Source of the DNA: an uncultured bacterium | GTDB lineage: Bacteria; Fidelibacterota; Marinisomatia; Marinisomatales; UBA1611 | Assembly: GCA_943788175.1 (NCBI GenBank) | Contig: CALSPG010000003.1 | Span: 83,088-147,087 of the forward strand | DNA length: 64,000 bases | Direction: 5' to 3' | Shown here: positions 1-11,100 of the stretch, piece by piece | Layout of the letters: every line of letters starts with the position of its first letter | Position numbering within the stretch: the stretch's first letter is position 1 | Program-made: the position numbers and the translations under genes | The notes under the pieces: model-generated | Told to the model about the DNA's origin: nothing | The model's input: only the letters and a program-made list of their open reading frames with translations | The model's database searches: none

Positions 1-22
1 CTCTATGATTCTTTGGTTTAGT

Positions 23-1260
23 GTTTGATTTTTTTAAATAAGGAGTAAAGTAACAATGTCAAAAGCAAAATTTGAAAGAACAAAACCCCATGTAAATATT
101 GGGACTATTGGTCACGTTGATCATGGTAAAACAACGCTTACTGCTGCTATTACAATGCACCAAGGCGCTCATGGTTTAGCCGAGGTTCGTTCTTTTGATA
201 GTATTGATAATGCTCCTGAAGAAAGAGAGCGTGGTATTACGATTCAGACTGCTCATGTAGAATATGAGACTGAGAACCGTCACTATGCTCATGTTGATTG
301 TCCTGGTCACGCTGATTATATTAAAAATATGATTACCGGCGCAGCGCAAATGGATGGTGGTATTTTAGTTGTATCTGCTGCTGATGGTCCAATGCCTCAG
401 ACTAGAGAGCACGTTTTATTAGCGAGGCAGGTAAATGTTCCAAGTCTTGTTGTATTTATGAATAAGGTTGATCAAGTAGATGACCCTGAGCTTTTAGAAC
501 TTGTTGAGATGGAATTGCGTGATCTTCTTAATGAGTACGAATTTCCTGGCGATGACACTCCTATTATTATGGGTAGTGCGCTCAATGCCTTGAACGATTC
601 AAATGATGAAGTTGCTAACAAGTGTATTGTTGACTTGATGGACGCTTGTGATAACTTTATTCCTGAGCCAAAAAGAGACATTGACAAACCTTTTCTTATG
701 CCTGTTGAGGATGTTTTTAGTATTACTGGTCGTGGTACTGTCGGTACTGGTCGCATTGAAAGAGGAATCATTAAAGTTGGTGATGAGATAGAAGTCGTCG
801 GTATGGGTACTCTAACGAAGACAACTGTTACAGGTGTTGAAATGTTTCGTAAGTTATTAGATCAAGGTCAGGCTGGAGATAACGCCGGGCTCTTACTGCG
901 CGGTATTGATAAAGAAGATTTAAGTAGGGGGCAAGTATTGGCCCTGCCTGGCAGTATTACTCCACACACGAAGTTTAAAGCGAGTGTTTACATTTTGAAA
1001 AAAGAAGAGGGTGGTCGTCATACTCCGTTTTTTAATGGTTACAGACCGCAGTTCTATTTTAGGACAACAGATGTAACGGGAGTGGTTACATTGCCAGAAG
1101 GTACTGAAATGGTTATGCCTGGTGACAATGTAGAATTTGAAGTTTCATTAATTACATCAGTAGCGATGGATAAAGAACTTAGGTTTGCCATTCGTGAAGG
1201 TGGGCATACTGTTGGTGCAGGTGTCGTAACAGAGATTGTTGAGTAGGGTATAATATGGCT
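23..1260 (+). repeat. Direct repeat copy 1 of tuf plus flanks (partner 15445-16682)
   Basis: Near identity from GTTTGATTTTTTTAAATAAGGAG upstream to TAGGGTATAATATGGCT downstream; six substitutions found by eye. Confidence 0.93.
56..1246 (+). CDS. tuf: Elongation factor Tu (copy 1)
   Basis: [21 protein letters not shown] and FAIREGG motifs; AAGGAG RBS upstream. Confidence 0.99.
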   Translation: MSKAKFERTKPHVNIGTIGHVDHGKTTLTAAITMHQGAHGLAEVRSFDSIDNAPEERERGITIQTAHVEYETENRHYAHVDCPGHADYIKNMITGAAQMDGGILVVSAADGPMPQTREHVLLARQVNVPSLVVFMNKVDQVDDPELLELVEMELRDLLNEYEFPGDDTPIIMGSALNALNDSNDEVANKCIVDLMDACDNFIPEPKRDIDKPFLMPVEDVFSITGRGTVGTGRIERGIIKVGDEIEVVGMGTLTKTTVTGVEMFRKLLDQGQAGDNAGLLLRGIDKEDLSRGQVLALPGSITPHTKFKASVYILKKEEGGRHTPFFNGYRPQFYFRTTDVTGVVTLPEGTEMVMPGDNVEFEVSLITSVAMDKELRFAIREGGHTVGAGVVTEIVE

Positions 1261-1419
1261 GGTAATAGTAAAAGAAATATAATTCAGTTAGAAAGTACTG
1301 CGGGAACAGGATTTCGATATACTGTGACCAAAAGTAGAAAGCTACACCCTGAGCGTATTGAGTTTAAAAAATATGATCCAGTCATTCGTAAGCATGTGAT
1401 CTTTAAAGAGACTAAATAG
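1255..1419 (+). CDS. rpmG: 50S ribosomal protein L33, cysteine-free type (not in ORF track)
   Basis: Manual translation [54 protein letters not shown]; lies between tuf and secE. Confidence 0.96.
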   Translation: MAGNSKRNIIQLESTAGTGFRYTVTKSRKLHPERIEFKKYDPVIRKHVIFKETK

Positions 1420-1450
1420 GTAGTTAGGGGTGATTTTATAGATATTGCAT

Positions 1451-1523
1451 AGGAGAGTAGCTCAACTGGTAGAGCACCGGTCTCCAACACCGGGGGTTGC
1501 GGGTTCGAGCCCTGCCTCTCCTG
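1451..1523 (+). tRNA. tRNA-Trp (CCA); 3' CCA not encoded
   Basis: Cloverleaf: AGGAGAG/CTCTCCT acceptor, CCGGT-CTCCAAC-ACCGG anticodon arm, GGTTCGAG T-loop; usual position before secE. Confidence 0.96.
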
Positions 1524-1557
1524 CATAAAATTAATCTAAAAATTTAAATAATATAAA

Positions 1558-1740
1558 ATGATAAAAAAAGTTCAGCAGTTTGGGGTAGATGTTAAGTTTG
1601 AGATGAGTAAAGTTTCATGGCCTGATTGGGATAGTTTAAAAGGGTCTACTTATGTGGTTCTGATTTTGTCTTTAATTTTAACAATTTTTTTATTTATTGT
1701 GGATTTGTTTCTTTCTAAATCTATTTCAACAATTATGTAA
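1558..1740 (+). CDS. secE: Preprotein translocase subunit SecE
   Basis: EMSKVSWP motif plus one TM helix; lies between tRNA-Trp and nusG. Confidence 0.95.
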   Translation: MIKKVQQFGVDVKFEMSKVSWPDWDSLKGSTYVVLILSLILTIFLFIVDLFLSKSISTIM

Positions 1741-1744
1741 TTTT

Positions 1745-2278
1745 ATGAATTGGTATACACTAAGAGTTATTTCAGGAAAAGAAAAAAAGATAAGAGAAAG
1801 TATTCTCTTTGATGTAGAAACAGCAAATTTACAAGATCATATTGAAAATATTTTAGTTCCGACTGAGAATGTTTTGGAAATGCGTGATGGTAAAAAAAAG
1901 ATTAAAGAGAAGGTCTTTTTCCCTGGTTATTTACTGATCCATATTGAAATGAATAAAGAAACAAAATATGTTGTAGAGAACGTTAATGGTGTGATTAGTT
2001 TTGTTGGTTCTAGTGGTAAGCCAGAAGCTTTGAAGCCCGATGAAGTGAAAAGATTTCTAGGTGATCATGATGGTGCGGACGGGCCAATTGTGGTTACAGA
2101 GGCGGCTCCATTCAAGGTAGGCGATTCAGTCAATGTAAAGGATGGTCCTTTTGTAGATTTTTCTGGTGTCGTTCAAGAGGTTAGTCATGAGAAGCAAAAG
2201 TTAAAAGTTTCGGTAAGTATTTTTGGGCGTTCAACTCCAGTTGAGTTAGATTATCTGCAAGTCGCACTTGACAATTAA
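1745..2278 (+). CDS. nusG: Transcription termination/antitermination factor NusG
   Basis: NWYTL..SGKE, FPGY, KOW GPF..FSG, IFGRSTPVEL; start moved to ATG 1745. Confidence 0.97.
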   Translation: MNWYTLRVISGKEKKIRESILFDVETANLQDHIENILVPTENVLEMRDGKKKIKEKVFFPGYLLIHIEMNKETKYVVENVNGVISFVGSSGKPEALKPDEVKRFLGDHDGADGPIVVTEAAPFKVGDSVNVKDGPFVDFSGVVQEVSHEKQKLKVSVSIFGRSTPVELDYLQVALDN

Positions 2279-2293
2279 ATAAGGGTTTTATTG

Positions 2294-2719
2294 ATGGCGA
2301 AGAAAATTATAGGTTTTATTAAGTTGCAAATTCCTGCGGGTCAAGCGAATCCTGCTCCCCCTGTTGGGCCTGCGCTTGGTCAGCAAGGTGTTAATATCAT
2401 GGATTTTTGCAAGTCATTTAATGCTAAGACTCAAGATAAGGCCGGTGATGTAATTCCTGTTGAAATTACTGTTTATGCTGATAGGAGTTTTACGTTTGTG
2501 ACAAAAACTCCCCCCGCTTCAAGACTGATTTTAAAATCGGCTAAGTTAAGTAAAGGTTCTAGTGAGCCTAATAAAGAAAAAGTCGGGGCTATAAGTGAGT
2601 CTGAATTAGAAAAAATTGCCGGAGTTAAAATGGCTGATTTAAATGCTAATTCTGTTGAACAAGCCAAAGAAATGATAAGAGGGACTGCTAAGTCTATGGG
2701 TATTGAGGTGAAAGGTTAA
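2294..2719 (+). CDS. rplK: 50S ribosomal protein L11
   Basis: [21 protein letters not shown]. Confidence 0.98.
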   Translation: MAKKIIGFIKLQIPAGQANPAPPVGPALGQQGVNIMDFCKSFNAKTQDKAGDVIPVEITVYADRSFTFVTKTPPASRLILKSAKLSKGSSEPNKEKVGAISESELEKIAGVKMADLNANSVEQAKEMIRGTAKSMGIEVKG

Positions 2720-2724
2720 ATAAG

Positions 2725-3411
2725 ATGGCTAAAATCAAACAAAAATCAATTGATGAATTTTATGATAAAGAAGTTGTTTACGATTTAAGTGATGCCGTTG
2801 AGATTGTGAAAAAAGTATCTTCTGTCAAATTTGATGAGACAATTGATTTGGCGATAAATCTAAATGTTGATCCGCGTCATGCTGAAGAGAATATTAGAAT
2901 TAGCACATCTCTTCCTAATGGCACTGGTAAAAAAGTTGTCTTGTTGGTTCTTGCTCAAGGGCCGAAGGTCCAAGAAGCCTTAGACGCTGGTGCTGATTAT
3001 TGTGGCAATAAAGACTATTTAGATAAAATTAAAGCTGGATGGGTTGATGTTGATAAGATTATAGCAACACCTGATATGATGGCTGAACTTGGTAAGCTTG
3101 GTAAAATTTTAGGTCCAAAAGGTTTGATGCCTAATCCAAAAAGTGGTACAGTTACTATGGATGTTGCCAAGGCTGTTTCTGACCAAAAAGCTGGTATGGT
3201 TGAGCTTCGTGTTGAAAAAACAGGTATCGTTCATACTGTTTGCGGAAAAGTTTCATTTGACAGTTCGGCTCTAGTTGAGAATATTTCTGTAATTTATAAT
3301 TCTTTACTAAAGTCGAGGCCTCCATCGGTAAAGGGTCAATATTTTGTGAAGATGTCTATGTCTTCGACCATGGGTCCTAGTGTAAAAATAAATATTAATT
3401 CTATAGGGTAA
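2725..3411 (+). CDS. rplA: 50S ribosomal protein L1
   Basis: [26 protein letters not shown]. Confidence 0.98.
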   Translation: MAKIKQKSIDEFYDKEVVYDLSDAVEIVKKVSSVKFDETIDLAINLNVDPRHAEENIRISTSLPNGTGKKVVLLVLAQGPKVQEALDAGADYCGNKDYLDKIKAGWVDVDKIIATPDMMAELGKLGKILGPKGLMPNPKSGTVTMDVAKAVSDQKAGMVELRVEKTGIVHTVCGKVSFDSSALVENISVIYNSLLKSRPPSVKGQYFVKMSMSSTMGPSVKININSIG

Positions 3412-3418
3412 ATAAACT

Positions 3419-3943
3419 ATGCCTAATCAAAAAAATATTAAAAATCTTGAGCAGTTAACAGATAAGTTGTCCAAGGCAAAATCTATTTATTTTACAGATT
3501 ATTTAGGCTTAAATGTTTCTGACGTTACTGCACTTAGGAAAAAGTTTTTTGAAAAAAATGTTGAATACTTAGTGGTTAAAAATACATTGTTGAAAATTGC
3601 TTCGCAAAAAAATGATATTAACCTTTCCAGTGATTTGTTTGTTGGATCGACTGCTATTGCGTTGTCATATGATGAGCCTGTTGCAGCTGCAAAGGTAATT
3701 AAGGGTTTTCTTAAGGAGCATGATTTACCAACTGTTAAAGGTCTGGTTTTTGAAGGCGCCTATCATGAAGCTAATCAGTTTGAAAAAATTGCAAATTTAC
3801 CTAGTAAAGAAGAGTCTCTTGCGATTCTTGCGATTATGTTAAATAGTCCAATGCAAAATCTTGTGAATGTTCTCAATTCATCAATGGTGAAAGTCGTTAA
3901 TGTTCTTGAAGCTGTTAAGAATAATAAAAATATTGAAAATTAA
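3419..3943 (+). CDS. rplJ: 50S ribosomal protein L10
   Basis: DY.GLNV, VVKNTL, LPSKEE; synteny. Confidence 0.97.
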   Translation: MPNQKNIKNLEQLTDKLSKAKSIYFTDYLGLNVSDVTALRKKFFEKNVEYLVVKNTLLKIASQKNDINLSSDLFVGSTAIALSYDEPVAAAKVIKGFLKEHDLPTVKGLVFEGAYHEANQFEKIANLPSKEESLAILAIMLNSPMQNLVNVLNSSMVKVVNVLEAVKNNKNIEN

Positions 3944-3960
3944 AATAAGGAGTTAATAAA

Positions 3961-4335
3961 ATGGCTGTAAAAAAAGAAGATGTATTAGCATATCTAGAAA
4001 ATGCGAATATGATGGAAGTTTCTGAGCTAATATCTGAAATCGAAGAGAAATTTGGTGTCTCTGCTGCTGCCCCTGTTGCTGTAGCTGCTGCCCCTGCTGG
4101 TGATGCTGGCGGTGATGTTGCGCAAACTGAGTTTGATGTAGTTTTGAAGGCTGCTGGTCAGCAAAAGATAAACGTTATTAAAGCTGTTAGGGCAATTACT
4201 GATCTAGGTTTAAAGGAAGCTAAAGAGTTAGTTGATTCAGCTCCAAAGGCTATTAAAGAGGGTGTCTCTGAATCTGAAGCAAATGAAATCAAGACCCAGC
4301 TTGAAGATGCTGGTGCAGAGGTTGAATTAAAATAA
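3961..4335 (+). CDS. rplL: 50S ribosomal protein L7/L12
   Basis: [32 protein letters not shown]. Confidence 0.98.
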   Translation: MAVKKEDVLAYLENANMMEVSELISEIEEKFGVSAAAPVAVAAAPAGDAGGDVAQTEFDVVLKAAGQQKINVIKAVRAITDLGLKEAKELVDSAPKAIKEGVSESEANEIKTQLEDAGAEVELK

Positions 4336-4379
4336 TTTTTTATTTAGCTTTTTTATTAAACATTACATCGGAGGATTAA

Positions 4380-7300
4380 TTGGAATCTTTTAACGTTTCA
4401 AAAAACAATAGGGTTACTTTTACCCATATACAAGAACTATTAGAAATACCTGATTTGCTATCTATTCAAACAAAAGCATATCAGCAATTTTTGCAAGAAT
4501 ATGAAGCTCCTGAAGCTAGAAAAGATTTAGGTCTGCAAGCAGTCTTGAATAGCGTCTTTCCGATTGAAGATTCTCATAGAAATTATATCCTTGAGTTTAA
4601 TGCTTACTATTTAGGACAGCCCAAATATACCGGTGATGAATGCATTGATAGGGGTGTGACCTTTTCAGTGCCGCTTCGTGTTAAACTTTCTCTTCACATT
4701 ACAGACGAAAGCAATAAAAATGAGTATGCTCAGAGCATTGAGCAGGATGTTTATTTTGGAAATATACCTTATATGACTGAAAAAGGCACATTTATTATTA
4801 ATGGTGCCGAAAGAGTTATTGTTTCTCAATTGCAGCGTTCTCCAGGTGTCTTCTTTGATGAGTCGACCCACCCGAATGGAACTAAATTATTTCAAGCTAG
4901 AATTATTCCAGCTAGGGGTTCGTGGGTTGATTTTACTACTGACATAAATGATTGTCTCTTCGTCATTATTGATCGGAGGAGAAAGTTCCCAGTTACGATG
5001 TTACTTCGCGCTCTTGGTTATTCTTCAAATAGCGATATATGTAAAGCTTTTGGTAATTTAATAACTAAGAAAGTAAAGGGTAAAGGTCTTGAAAAATATA
5101 TTGGTGCTACTATAACTGAGGATGTAATTGATACAAAAACTGGTGAGATATTTTTTGAAAGTGGTACGGAATTATCTGGCGATATAATAGAAAAACTCAA
5201 AGAAAATGGTGTTGATGAAATTAATCTTGTTGATGGTAATAAAGATTTTTCATCTATGTTGCTATTAAATACTATTAGCAAAGACCCTACCCGCGATACT
5301 GAAGGTGCACTTCAAGTTGTTTATCAATTGTTGCGAACTAGTGAGCCGCCTAATCTTGAGACAGCTCAAAAGTTTATTGAACGTATCTTTTTCAGTCCTA
5401 AAAAATATGATTTAGGTCAGGTTGGGAGATATCGTTTAAATCAACAATTTAATCTTGATGTTCCTGTTGAAGAAACTGTCCTTACCATGGAAGACATTAT
5501 TCAGGTTCTTGTCACTCTAATAGATATGAGAAGAGGTGATAGAGGTGTTGATGATATTGATCACTTGGGTAATAGAAGAGTTAAGACTATTGGTGAACAA
5601 TTAACTAATCAATTTAGTATTGCTTTGAGTAGAATGATAAGAACGATTCATGAACGTATGAATCTCAGAGAATCTGAGAGTATTACGCCTCAAGATTTAA
5701 TCAATTCTAGAGTTGTGACTACTGTTATTAATACTTTCTTCGGTACTTCTCAGTTATCCCAGTTTGGTGATCAAACAAATCCGCTTGCTGAAATTACTCA
5801 CAAACGAAGAATATCTGCGTTGGGTCCTGGTGGTTTAACCAGGGAAAGAGCTGGTTTTGAAGTTAGGGATGTTCATTATACTCATTATGGGCGATTGTGT
5901 CCAATTGAAACTCCTGAAGGTCCAAATATTGGTTTAATATCTTCTCTTGCTATGTTCGCTGAAGTCAACAATCACGGTTTTATTGAATCTCCTTACAGGG
6001 AGGTTGTAAAGTCTAAAGGGAAGTCGAGAGTTACTGATAATATCAAATACTTATCTGCAGATGACGAAGATCGTGTTATGGTAGCGCAAGCCAGTACAGA
6101 GTTGGATTCTGAAAAAAACATTACTGAAAAAAACATAAGAACTCGTGTTAAAGGTGATTTTCCAATAGTTGGCCCTGAGAGTGTAGATTATGTAGAGGTT
6201 TCCCCAACTCAGATTTTAAGTGTTGCTGCAGCCTTGATTCCTTTTCTAGATCATGATGATGCTAACAGAGCCCTGATGGGTTCTAATATGCAACGACAAG
6301 CTGTTCCTTTAATGTATCCTCAGTCACCAATTGTTGGTACTGGAATGGAAAGTCGTGTCGCTAAAGATTCAAGGTCATGTGTTGTTTCTCCTGTTTCTGG
6401 GCGTGTTGTTTATGTTGATGCAGAAACAATTCATATAAAAAGGAAAGATGTTCAAGATAGTCTAACTCTTTTTGAAGGTGAAGCTATTCATGAGATAAAA
6501 TTAAAAAAATATTTCAGAACAAATCAAAATACAGTTCATAATCAACGACCTCTCGTTACCGAAGGTCAGAAAATTGAAGCTGGAGATGTTGTTGCTGATG
6601 GTGCGGCTACAGAAATGGGTGAGTTGGCTCTTGGTTCAAATGTCCATGTTGCTTATATGGCATGGCGTGGCTATAATTTTGAAGATGCTATCGTTGTAAG
6701 CGAGCGTCTAGTCAAAGATGATACTTTTAGTTCTGTTCACTGTAATGAGATTGAAGTTGAGGTTAGGGATACCAAGCGAGGTCAAGAAGAGCTTACACCT
6801 GAAATTCCAAATGTAAGTGAAGATGCTACGAAGGATTTAGATGAGGAAGGTATTGTTCGAGAAGGTGCGCGTGTAAAAGAAGGTGACATTCTTATTGGTA
6901 AGGTTACCCCTAAGGGTGAGTCAGACCCAACTCCTGAAGAAAAATTGCTTCGAGCTATTTTTGGTGAAAAAGCTGGTGAGGTAAAAGATGCATCTAAGAG
7001 GGCTGAACCAGGTATTAAAGGTTGCGTGATTCGAACAAAATTATTTGAAAAACAGGCGAAGAGAACAAAAGCAGAAGAGAGAGAGCAGATTCGAGAATAT
7101 CAGAGGAAAGCGTCCGAAGATAAGAAAAATTTAAAAATTTCCCGAGATGAAAAGTTATTAGCTTTAATGTTGGATCAAGTTTCTAATGGAATTCGTAGTG
7201 TTTCTAGTAATAGGACGCTAATTAAAAAGTCTACAAAGCTTACTTCAAAAAGATTGTCAGGTTTTGATTTAGAGAGATTCGCTCAAGATGTAGCTTGGGT

Positions 7301-8159
7301 TGAGGATACAAGGACATGGAACAAAATTTCTAAAGTTTGGCTTTCTTTTAGAAAAGAATGGTCAAGATTAGAAACTCAGCTTGAGAGGCAAGTATTTAAG
7401 TTGAAGATTGGTGACGAACTGCAACCTGGTATTCTTCGAATGGCAAAAGTTTATGTTGCACAAAAGCGTAAGCTTCAAGTTGGTGACAAAATGGCTGGTA
7501 GGCACGGTAATAAAGGTATTGTTGCGACTATCGTACCTGAGGAAGATATGCCATTTTTAGAAGATGGTACTCCTGTTGATATTGTTTTAAATCCGCTGGG
7601 TGTGCCTTCAAGGATGAATTTAGGCCAGTTATATGAGGCGATGTTGGGCTGGGCTGGTATGGCTACTGGTAATAAATATTCTACTCCAGTTTTTAACGGT
7701 GCTTCGCCTGAACAGGTATTAAATGAGTTGAATAGTGCTGGCTTGCCTATTACAGGCAAAACTAAGCTTATTGATGGTGTCACTGGTGAAGCATTTGATA
7801 ATCCTGTTACTGTGGGTGTTTCTTATATTATGAAGCTTAGTCATATGGTTGATGATAAAATGCACGCTAGGTCAACAGGTCCGTATTCGCTAATTACTCA
7901 GCAGCCATTAGGAGGGAAAGCTCAGTTTGGTGGACAGCGTTTTGGTGAAATGGAGGTCTGGGCTTTACAAGCATATGGTGCCGCTCATACATTGCATGAG
8001 ATCTTGACTGTTAAGTCTGATGATGTAGAAGGTCGGTCTAAAGTTTATAATGCTATTGTAAGAGGCGAGCAAATGCCGGAGTTTTCAGCGCCTGAATCAT
8101 TTAATGTCATGATCAAAGAGCTCCAAGGTCTTTGCATTGATGTAGAACTAGATAATTAA
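4380..8159 (+). CDS. rpoB: RNA polymerase beta subunit (TTG start)
   Basis: GDKMAGRHGNKG, GGQRFGEMEVWAL, PEGPNIGLI. Confidence 0.99.
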   Translation: MESFNVSKNNRVTFTHIQELLEIPDLLSIQTKAYQQFLQEYEAPEARKDLGLQAVLNSVFPIEDSHRNYILEFNAYYLGQPKYTGDECIDRGVTFSVPLRVKLSLHITDESNKNEYAQSIEQDVYFGNIPYMTEKGTFIINGAERVIVSQLQRSPGVFFDESTHPNGTKLFQARIIPARGSWVDFTTDINDCLFVIIDRRRKFPVTMLLRALGYSSNSDICKAFGNLITKKVKGKGLEKYIGATITEDVIDTKTGEIFFESGTELSGDIIEKLKENGVDEINLVDGNKDFSSMLLLNTISKDPTRDTEGALQVVYQLLRTSEPPNLETAQKFIERIFFSPKKYDLGQVGRYRLNQQFNLDVPVEETVLTMEDIIQVLVTLIDMRRGDRGVDDIDHLGNRRVKTIGEQLTNQFSIALSRMIRTIHERMNLRESESITPQDLINSRVVTTVINTFFGTSQLSQFGDQTNPLAEITHKRRISALGPGGLTRERAGFEVRDVHYTHYGRLCPIETPEGPNIGLISSLAMFAEVNNHGFIESPYREVVKSKGKSRVTDNIKYLSADDEDRVMVAQASTELDSEKNITEKNIRTRVKGDFPIVGPESVDYVEVSPTQILSVAAALIPFLDHDDANRALMGSNMQRQAVPLMYPQSPIVGTGMESRVAKDSRSCVVSPVSGRVVYVDAETIHIKRKDVQDSLTLFEGEAIHEIKLKKYFRTNQNTVHNQRPLVTEGQKIEAGDVVADGAATEMGELALGSNVHVAYMAWRGYNFEDAIVVSERLVKDDTFSSVHCNEIEVEVRDTKRGQEELTPEIPNVSEDATKDLDEEGIVREGARVKEGDILIGKVTPKGESDPTPEEKLLRAIFGEKAGEVKDASKRAEPGIKGCVIRTKLFEKQAKRTKAEEREQIREYQRKASEDKKNLKISRDEKLLALMLDQVSNGIRSVSSNRTLIKKSTKLTSKRLSGFDLERFAQDVAWVEDTRTWNKISKVWLSFRKEWSRLETQLERQVFKLKIGDELQPGILRMAKVYVAQKRKLQVGDKMAGRHGNKGIVATIVPEEDMPFLEDGTPVDIVLNPLGVPSRMNLGQLYEAMLGWAGMATGNKYSTPVFNGASPEQVLNELNSAGLPITGKTKLIDGVTGEAFDNPVTVGVSYIMKLSHMVDDKMHARSTGPYSLITQQPLGGKAQFGGQRFGEMEVWALQAYGAAHTLHEILTVKSDDVEGRSKVYNAIVRGEQMPEFSAPESFNVMIKELQGLCIDVELDN

Positions 8160-8170
8160 GAGGAATAAAA

Positions 8171-11100
8171 TTGACTTATATACAATCAAATAACTTAGAT
8201 ACTTCAAAATCTTACAGTTCGATTACCATTGGTTTGGCCTCTCCTGAGTCTATTTTGGCCAGGTCTTATGGTGAAATTTTAAAGCCCGAGACTATTAATT
8301 ATAGGTCTTACAAGCCTGAAAAGGATGGTCTTTTTTGCGAGAAGATTTTTGGGCCAGTTAAGGACTACGAATGTCACTGCGGTAAATATAAAGGTATTCG
8401 CTACCGCGGTATTATTTGCGACAGATGTGGTGTCGAGGTTACTAGAAAAAAAGTAAGAAGAGAAAGAATGGGGCATATTACTCTTGCTGTACCGATTGTC
8501 CATATTTGGTATCTGAGGTCTATTCCAAGTAAGTTGAGTTATTTAGCCGGTAGAAGCACAAAAGAGCTTGAGCGGGTAATTTATTATGAGATGTATATGG
8601 TGCTTGATCCTGCTGATAGTGGTCTTAAGCCTTTTGATCTAATAGAAGAAGAAGATTATCTAGATTACGAGCAAAAATTTGGTTTTTCTGCTGTCAGCGA
8701 GGAGCGAAGAGATAATGATGATTATTTTTATGCTGCCATGGGTGGGGAAGCAATTAAAGAAATGCTTGCTAGAATAAATATAATGGAGCTCAAAAAAGAG
8801 CTTGAAGATATTGTTAAAACGTCCAAATCTAAACAAAAAAGGACGGATGCATTAAAAAGGCTGAAGGTTACTTATTCTTTTGTGCCAGACCCAACTAAAA
8901 AACGTCTGAATAAGCCAGAATGGATGATTGTTTCTATCCTTCCCGTTATTCCTCCGGAGCTTAGGCCATTAGTGCCCTTAGAGGGCGGTAGGTTTGCTGC
9001 TAGTGACTTAAATGACCTTTATAGAAGGATCATTATTAGGAACAATAGATTAAAGCAGTTGATGGAGATTAAGGCGCCTGATGTAATTTTAAGAAATGAA
9101 AAAAGAATGTTGCAAGAATCAGTAGATGCGCTTTTTGATAATAGTCGAAGAAAGACTGCTATTCGAAGCGGTTCTCGTCGACCTTTAAAATCTCTTTCTG
9201 ATATGCTCAGAGGTAAGACTGGTAGATTTAGGCAAAACTTGCTTGGTAAGAGAGTTGATTATTCAGGTAGGTCGGTTATTGTTGTCGGTCCACAGTTAAA
9301 ATTGCAAGAATGTGGATTGCCTAAAAATATGGCTTTAGAGCTGTTTAAACCTCATATGATTCGAGAGTTGATGGGGCGCGGATATACCCAAACTCCTAGG
9401 AGCGCAAAATTGATGATTGAGAATCATGAGCCAGTTGTATACAAAGTTTTAGAATATGTGGTTAAGGATCATCCTGTCATGTTAAATAGGGCTCCAACTC
9501 TTCATAGGCTTGGGATTCAAGCTTTCCAACCGGTGTTGGTTGAAGGTAAGGCTATCCAGTTACATCCACTAGTTTGCTCTGCTTTTAATGCTGATTTTGA
9601 TGGTGACCAAATGGCTGTTCATGTGCCGTTATCTCTTCCTGCTCAGATGGAGGCTAGGATGTTGATGCTCGCAAGTCATAATATTTTGCACCCAGCTAAC
9701 GGTCAGCCTATTGCTGTCCCTTCTCAGGATATGATTCTTGGCTCTTATTATCTGACAAAGTTAAAAAATGGTGATTTAGGCGAAGGTAAACTTTTTGGGT
9801 CTATTGATGAGGTGGTTTTAGCTCATGAAAATAGGGTTGTAGGTATGCATGCCAAAATCTCTGTTAAGCATAAAGGTGTATGGATAAAAGATACTACTGT
9901 TGGTAGGGCTATTTTCAATTCGATTTTGCCTACTGAAATGGATTTTATTGATGCACTTATTGATAAAAAACTATTAACAGAAGTTGTCAATCAATGTTAT
10001 CTAGTAGTTGGTAATTATAAGACAGTAATCTTTTTAGACGACTTAAAAGATTTAGGTTTTAAAATGGCTACACTTAGTGGTCTTTCAATTTCTATTAGTG
10101 ATGTATTAATACCTGGCGAAAAGGATAATATTCTCGCAATTGCTTTTGATAAAGTAAATGATATCAAAAATAAATTTGACAGACATGTTTTAACAGAAGG
10201 TGAACGTTATAATAAGGTTATCGATGTCTGGACGCACACTACAAACCATGTAGCGCAAGTTATGGAGCAGGAGTTGAGAAAGGACAATCAAGGGTTTAAT
10301 GCGCTTTCCATGATGACAGATTCTGGTGCTAGGGGTAGTAAGGATCAGATAAAGCAGCTAGCGGGAATGCGAGGCCTGATGGCAAAGCCTCAAAAGTCTA
10401 TGAAAGGTGGTGTCGGTGAGATTATTGAGTCTCCAATAACATCGAATTTTAAAGAAGGATTGTCTGTTTTTGAGTATTTTATTTCAACTCACGGTGCTAG
10501 AAAAGGTCTTGCTGATACAGCTTTAAAAACTGCTGACGCTGGGTATCTTACTCGGAGGCTAGTCGATGTAGCTCAGGATGTTGTTGTCTATGAAGAGGAT
10601 TGTGGTACAATTAATGGTATTCTTATTTCAGACTTAAAAGAGGGTGAAGAAATTATCGAACCTATTGCTGATCGTATTTTAGGTAGAACTATTCTTGATG
10701 ATTTTATTGATAGAGGTAAGGTTGTTGTGAAGGCTGGTTCTGTTTTATCTGAAAAGGAAGCAGAGTTAATTGGTGATAGCGGTGTTGAGAGTGTTCAGAT
10801 TAGGTCTGTTCTGACTTGTGATACTAAAAGAGGTATATGCGCTAAGTGTTATGGTTGGGATTTGTCTCTTCACAAAATTGTTGATATCGGAACATCTGTT
10901 GGCATAAGAGCCGCTCAAAGTATTGGTGAGCCTGGAACTCAGTTAACTCTTCGAACATTTCATATTGGTGGTACTGCTAGTAGAGTCATTGAGCAATCTG
11001 AAATGAAAAATAAACGCGCTGGAGTTGTTGAATTTTCTGATAATTATGATTATGCTATTACCAGAGATGAGGCTGGTCTGGAGGTTCGTAGATGTATGGT

